Positions 60,125 through 64,000 of a stretch of 64,000 nt of DNA are shown here, piece after piece. Position 1 is the first letter of the stretch, and each line of letters starts with the position of its first letter. The notes below the pieces were generated by a model that was not told the origin of the DNA, did no database searches, and saw only the letters and a list, made by a program, of their open reading frames with translations. The stretch is from contig JAZQOU010000006.1 in NCBI GenBank assembly GCA_045628025.1, positions 44,968 through 108,967 on the forward strand, read 5' to 3'. Source of the stretch: Lachnospiraceae bacterium (GTDB lineage: Bacteria > Bacillota > Clostridia > Lachnospirales > Lachnospiraceae). A program made the translations under genes and the position numbers.

Positions 60125-61228
60125 ATGAAGATAGGAGTGTTTTCTTTTACAACAAATGGGTATAAGTTAGAAGCAAAGCTGAAGAATATACTTGTATCAT
60201 CTGCCTTTAGAGGAGAAAAAATAGAAGTAATTCTATATTCAAGCATGGGAGAAGATGGAACATCAAGTCTGAAAGAAAATGTAAAAAAAGCATTTTATTC
60301 ATGTCAGGCATTAATATTTGTAAGCGCTAGCGGAATAGCTGTTAGGCTTATAGCTCCATATATTAATGATAAGCTTAGCGATCCGGCTGTTATAGTTATA
60401 GATGAAAAAGCTACATTTGTAATACCTGTTTTATCGGGCCATGTAGGCGGAGCAAATGAACTTTCAAGAATACTAGCAAATAAGCTGGGAGCAGTTTGCG
60501 CTGTTACAACGGCTACTGATGTGAATAATGTTTTTTCAATTGACGAATTTGCTGCATGCAATGGATTAAGCATATTAAATAAAGATACAATCAAAGTAGT
60601 TAATAAAAAAATGCTTGAAGGCGACTGCCTTGAAATAGGGGTTGATGACAGAATAGAGATAACAGGTGATATTAAAAATCTGGATAATAATATAAAAATA
60701 CGTAAGCTCTGCTTTAGGTCTGAAACAGGATTAAATATTAATAGTAAAGATTCTTTTGATGCAATTATTTCTTGTGGAGAAATAGAATTGCAAGATGATA
60801 CATCGACTTTAATAATGCGATTGAAGCCTCTTGTTATAGGAATAGGCTGTAGAAAAAATAAACCTAAAGAAGATATTGAAGGGTTTATTCTTGAAGCATT
60901 GCGTTCCTTAAATAAAAAAACAACAGATGTTGCATTATTGTCTACTATTGATATAAAACAGGACGAAGCTGGTATTGTTGAATTTTCAAAGAAATATGAA
61001 ATACCAATAAAAACATATTCTGCTGAATATTTAAATGGAATTGAAGGTGATTTTGAGAAATCCGATTTTGTGTTAAAAACTGTTGGCGTATCAGATGTAT
61101 CAGCAAGAGCTGCAAAAGCCTGCGGGAAAGAGGGAGATTTCCTCATAAAAAAAAGTAAGGAAAATGGTATAACATTGTCGGTGTTTGAAAAGAAAATGAA
61201 AGTTGAATTTGATTATGAAAAGAGTTGA
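60125..61228 (+). CDS. cbiG: Cobalt-precorrin-5A hydrolase
   Basis: GIAVRLIAP..DKLSDPAV, LSGHVGGAN, TTATD, GIGCRK. Confidence 0.94.
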   Translation: MKIGVFSFTTNGYKLEAKLKNILVSSAFRGEKIEVILYSSMGEDGTSSLKENVKKAFYSCQALIFVSASGIAVRLIAPYINDKLSDPAVIVIDEKATFVIPVLSGHVGGANELSRILANKLGAVCAVTTATDVNNVFSIDEFAACNGLSILNKDTIKVVNKKMLEGDCLEIGVDDRIEITGDIKNLDNNIKIRKLCFRSETGLNINSKDSFDAIISCGEIELQDDTSTLIMRLKPLVIGIGCRKNKPKEDIEGFILEALRSLNKKTTDVALLSTIDIKQDEAGIVEFSKKYEIPIKTYSAEYLNGIEGDFEKSDFVLKTVGVSDVSARAAKACGKEGDFLIKKSKENGITLSVFEKKMKVEFDYEKS

Positions 61229-61946
61229 TATAGTTGGTTTTGGTCCAGGCTGCATAGAGCAGATGACAGGCCAGGCCATTACTGCAATAGAAAAATGCGA
61301 TTATGTTGTTGGTTTTAATACTTATGTAGATATTATAAAGGAATATTTTCCTGAAAAGAAGTTTGTTTCAAATGGAATGGGACAGGAAGAGGATAGAGTA
61401 TTAAAGGCATTGAGTTTAGCAAAAGAAGATAATCATGTTTGTATAGTTTGCTCGGGAGATAGTCAGATATATGGTATGGCAGCTTTGGCATATGAGCTAA
61501 AACATAATTATGAGGATGTTTTTGTAAACACAATTCCTGGTGTGACAGCTGCTCTGTCAGGAAGTGCATTGCTTGGCTCAGTTGTCGGTAATGATTTGTG
61601 TATTATTAGTTTGAGTGACTATCATGTTTCGTGGAATCAAATAGAAAAAAGACTCAGGGCAATGGCTGAATGTGATTTTGTTATGGCTTTGTATAATGTA
61701 AGGAGCAAGCATAGAGAAGACTCATTAAAAAAAGCCTGTGATATTCTACTTGATGTGATAGACGAACAAAGAGTGTGTGGGATAGCAGAGAACATAGGCA
61801 GAAGAGATGAAAGGTCAATGATATTGACACTTAAGGAACTGAGAGAATATCCTGCAGGAATGTATTCAACAGTTTTTGTGGGCAATTCAAAGACAAGAGT
61901 GATAGATAATAAACTGATTACGCCTAGAGGATACAAGGTTGACTAA
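61215..61946 (+). CDS. cbiH: Precorrin-3 C17-methyltransferase
   Basis: VGFGPG, SGDSQIYGMA, PGVTA, ISLSD, LYN, ITPRGY. Confidence 0.93.
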   Translation: MKRVDIVGFGPGCIEQMTGQAITAIEKCDYVVGFNTYVDIIKEYFPEKKFVSNGMGQEEDRVLKALSLAKEDNHVCIVCSGDSQIYGMAALAYELKHNYEDVFVNTIPGVTAALSGSALLGSVVGNDLCIISLSDYHVSWNQIEKRLRAMAECDFVMALYNVRSKHREDSLKKACDILLDVIDEQRVCGIAENIGRRDERSMILTLKELREYPAGMYSTVFVGNSKTRVIDNKLITPRGYKVD

Positions 61947-64000
61947 AATTTTTGTTTTTTCAGGAACGTCTGAAGGACGAAACATTTCTGAATTTCTTTC
62001 GAATAATAGAATATATCATCATGTATTTGTAGCTACTGATTACGGAAAAATTGTGATGGATGAATCAAAGTATGCAGCAGTTTTTGCTGGAAGACTTGAT
62101 TATGATGGTATGTTAAGTCTCTTTGAAAATGAACAGCCAGATATTGTTATTGATGCAACACATCCATATGCAACTCTTGTGACTGAAAATATTAAAAAAG
62201 CAACAGATGTTGCAAATATAGAATATATAAGGGTTAGACGCAGCGTAAATGATTCGTCATTAGCACATGCAGATAATTATGTAGAGTCGACAGAAGAAGC
62301 AATAAAAGTTCTTTTGGCTACAGAAGGAAAAATATTATTAACAACGGGTGTTAAAACGATTTCTTATTATGCCATACCAGAGCTCGTTGATAGATTAGTG
62401 GTTAGAATTTTGCCATCCGAAGAAAGCTTGAAAATGGCTCTTGATGCAGGGGTTAAGCCTGGACAAATAATCGCTATGGAAGGACCTTTTAATCAAAGTC
62501 TAAACGAGTCAATTATTGAACAGTATAATATAAAAATTCTTGTAACTAAAAATAGTGGGGATAAGGGTGGCTATACAGAAAAAATAAATGCATGTATTAG
62601 GAAACAGATACAATCATTGGTAATTCAGCCTGATAATGTTGATGATGGTTATTTAATAGATGTAGTAGAAAACATGCTTATAAACAAGCTTTCTATTAGT
62701 AATGCCAATGATTCTAATTATCCATATATTATTATCGCTGGTGTTGGAGCTGGTAATGATGAGACGATGACAGTTGCAACAAAAGAAGCAATTGAAAAAG
62801 CAAACTATATTATTGGCGCAAAAAGAATGTGCGATATAGGCGCGTCAATAAACCAAAGGGCTAAGACTATTGTGGAATATAATAGCGACATAGTAGCAGA
62901 TAAGATAAAGCAATTGCTAAAAGAAGACTCAGGTGTCTGTGCATATAATAAAATAGTTGTCTTAGTATCTGGTGATTCTGGCTTTTATAGTGGCGCGACA
63001 ACAATAAAGAAAAAGCTGGATTTGCTTCAAATTAAATCATGTCTTTTGCCGGGTATTTCGTCTATTTCGTATTTTTCATCAAAGACAGGTGTTCCATATT
63101 CTGAGGCTACACTGATTAGTACACATGGTAAGACCTGTGATTATTTGTCAAAATTAGATGAAAATAAAAAAATGTTTTCAATAGTTACAGGTCCAGAGGA
63201 TGTAAATGCTATTGTCGAAGATGCATTTAATAATTATAAGCATGTGCAGGTTGTGATTGGCTATAATCTGGGACTTGATAGTGAAAAAATAGTTTTATTT
63301 GATGAATCTAATAAGATAAAAGTAGAGTCTAACGGTTTGTATGTTTTAGGAATTACTGTTGATGAAAAAGAAGTTATAAAAATAGACGCAGATATAGATG
63401 TAAAACAAAGAGAGAAGAACGATATTGATGAATTTGCAAAGATAATGCTTGCTTCAACGTCAAGTGGTGTAGGAAAAACTACTATCACCAGTGCACTTTT
63501 GACTTTACTTAAGGAAAATAATAAAAAAATACACGCTTTTAAGTGTGGACCGGATTATATTGACCCTACATATCATAAATGTGCCTTGGGTGTCGATTCT
63601 AAGAATCTTGATTTGTACTTTTGTAATCAGGACTTGCTGAGGATGAGCTTTATAAGAGATTCTGCAGAACTAAATGTAATTGAAGGCTGCATGGGACTAT
63701 TTGATGGAATGGGAGTGTCAAGTGAAAATAGTCCATACGAAATTGCAAGTGTGCTAAAGGCACCTATTGTTCTTATTGTGGACGGTTCAAAAAAAGGATA
63801 TAGCATTATTGCTGAAATAAAGGGATTTATAGAGCTGGATTATAATAACCTTTTAAAAGGCTTATTTGTTAATAATATTTCTGATGCTTTTTTTGAAAAG
63901 CTTAAGCCGGTAATTGAAAAAGAGACAAAGCTTAAGGTAATCGGACATCTTCCAAATCTTGAAAAAATGGGTTTTGACAGTAGGCATTTAGGGCTAAAGT
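61939..64000 (+). CDS. CbiJ-CbiE-CbiA fusion protein, truncated by the window edge
   Basis: Manual translation from TTG 61939 with no stop to the edge: CbiJ (FSGTSEGR, IDATHPYA, VTKNSG), CbiE (AGVGAG, SGDSGFYSG, PGISS, STHG), CbiA (STSSGVGKTT, FKCGPDYIDP, IEGCMGLFDG, SRHLGL). Confidence 0.9.
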   Translation, partial: MTKIFVFSGTSEGRNISEFLSNNRIYHHVFVATDYGKIVMDESKYAAVFAGRLDYDGMLSLFENEQPDIVIDATHPYATLVTENIKKATDVANIEYIRVRRSVNDSSLAHADNYVESTEEAIKVLLATEGKILLTTGVKTISYYAIPELVDRLVVRILPSEESLKMALDAGVKPGQIIAMEGPFNQSLNESIIEQYNIKILVTKNSGDKGGYTEKINACIRKQIQSLVIQPDNVDDGYLIDVVENMLINKLSISNANDSNYPYIIIAGVGAGNDETMTVATKEAIEKANYIIGAKRMCDIGASINQRAKTIVEYNSDIVADKIKQLLKEDSGVCAYNKIVVLVSGDSGFYSGATTIKKKLDLLQIKSCLLPGISSISYFSSKTGVPYSEATLISTHGKTCDYLSKLDENKKMFSIVTGPEDVNAIVEDAFNNYKHVQVVIGYNLGLDSEKIVLFDESNKIKVESNGLYVLGITVDEKEVIKIDADIDVKQREKNDIDEFAKIMLASTSSGVGKTTITSALLTLLKENNKKIHAFKCGPDYIDPTYHKCALGVDSKNLDLYFCNQDLLRMSFIRDSAELNVIEGCMGLFDGMGVSSENSPYEIASVLKAPIVLIVDGSKKGYSIIAEIKGFIELDYNNLLKGLFVNNISDAFFEKLKPVIEKETKLKVIGHLPNLEKMGFDSRHLGLK

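Noticed and set aside
1-64000. CRISPR arrays, tRNA/rRNA genes, IS elements
   Set aside because: Intergenic gaps are short and none shows repeat-spacer periodicity, tRNA arms or transposase ORFs by eye

Overview
AT-rich, gene-dense chromosomal window, nearly all on the + strand, most consistent with a Lachnospiraceae-type Firmicute (inferred from gene order and protein style). In order it holds: a membrane protein/MATE/GPH-MFS/CsoR-family operon; a Ni-type ECF importer (NikMN-Q-O); two chemoreceptors; a 5TM-Cache-HAMP-PP2C phosphatase; a DUF4910 + AAC(3)-family pair; a second MATE; a GH25 muramidase; a housekeeping run (ftsH, uvrC, hprK, M18 peptidase, murB, rapZ, whiA, HPr-like, lipid kinase, fba, GS-III, yigZ, PBP1A, GGDEF); a LexA-boxed Y-family polymerase/YolD pair; GT4; an ABC exporter; a Maf::GIY-YIG fusion; a methyltransferase; a Cu-type ATPase; and, from about 45.6 kb to the edge, a cobalamin-riboswitch-led cobamide operon. 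That operon opens with a lipoprotein CbiK and a binding protein, both carrying extra NEAT-like domains, and ends in an ORF missing from the supplied track, which I translated by hand as a CbiJ-CbiE-CbiA fusion. No rRNA, tRNA, CRISPR array or mobile element was seen. All family assignments come from motifs recognised by eye; no searches or folding programs were run.
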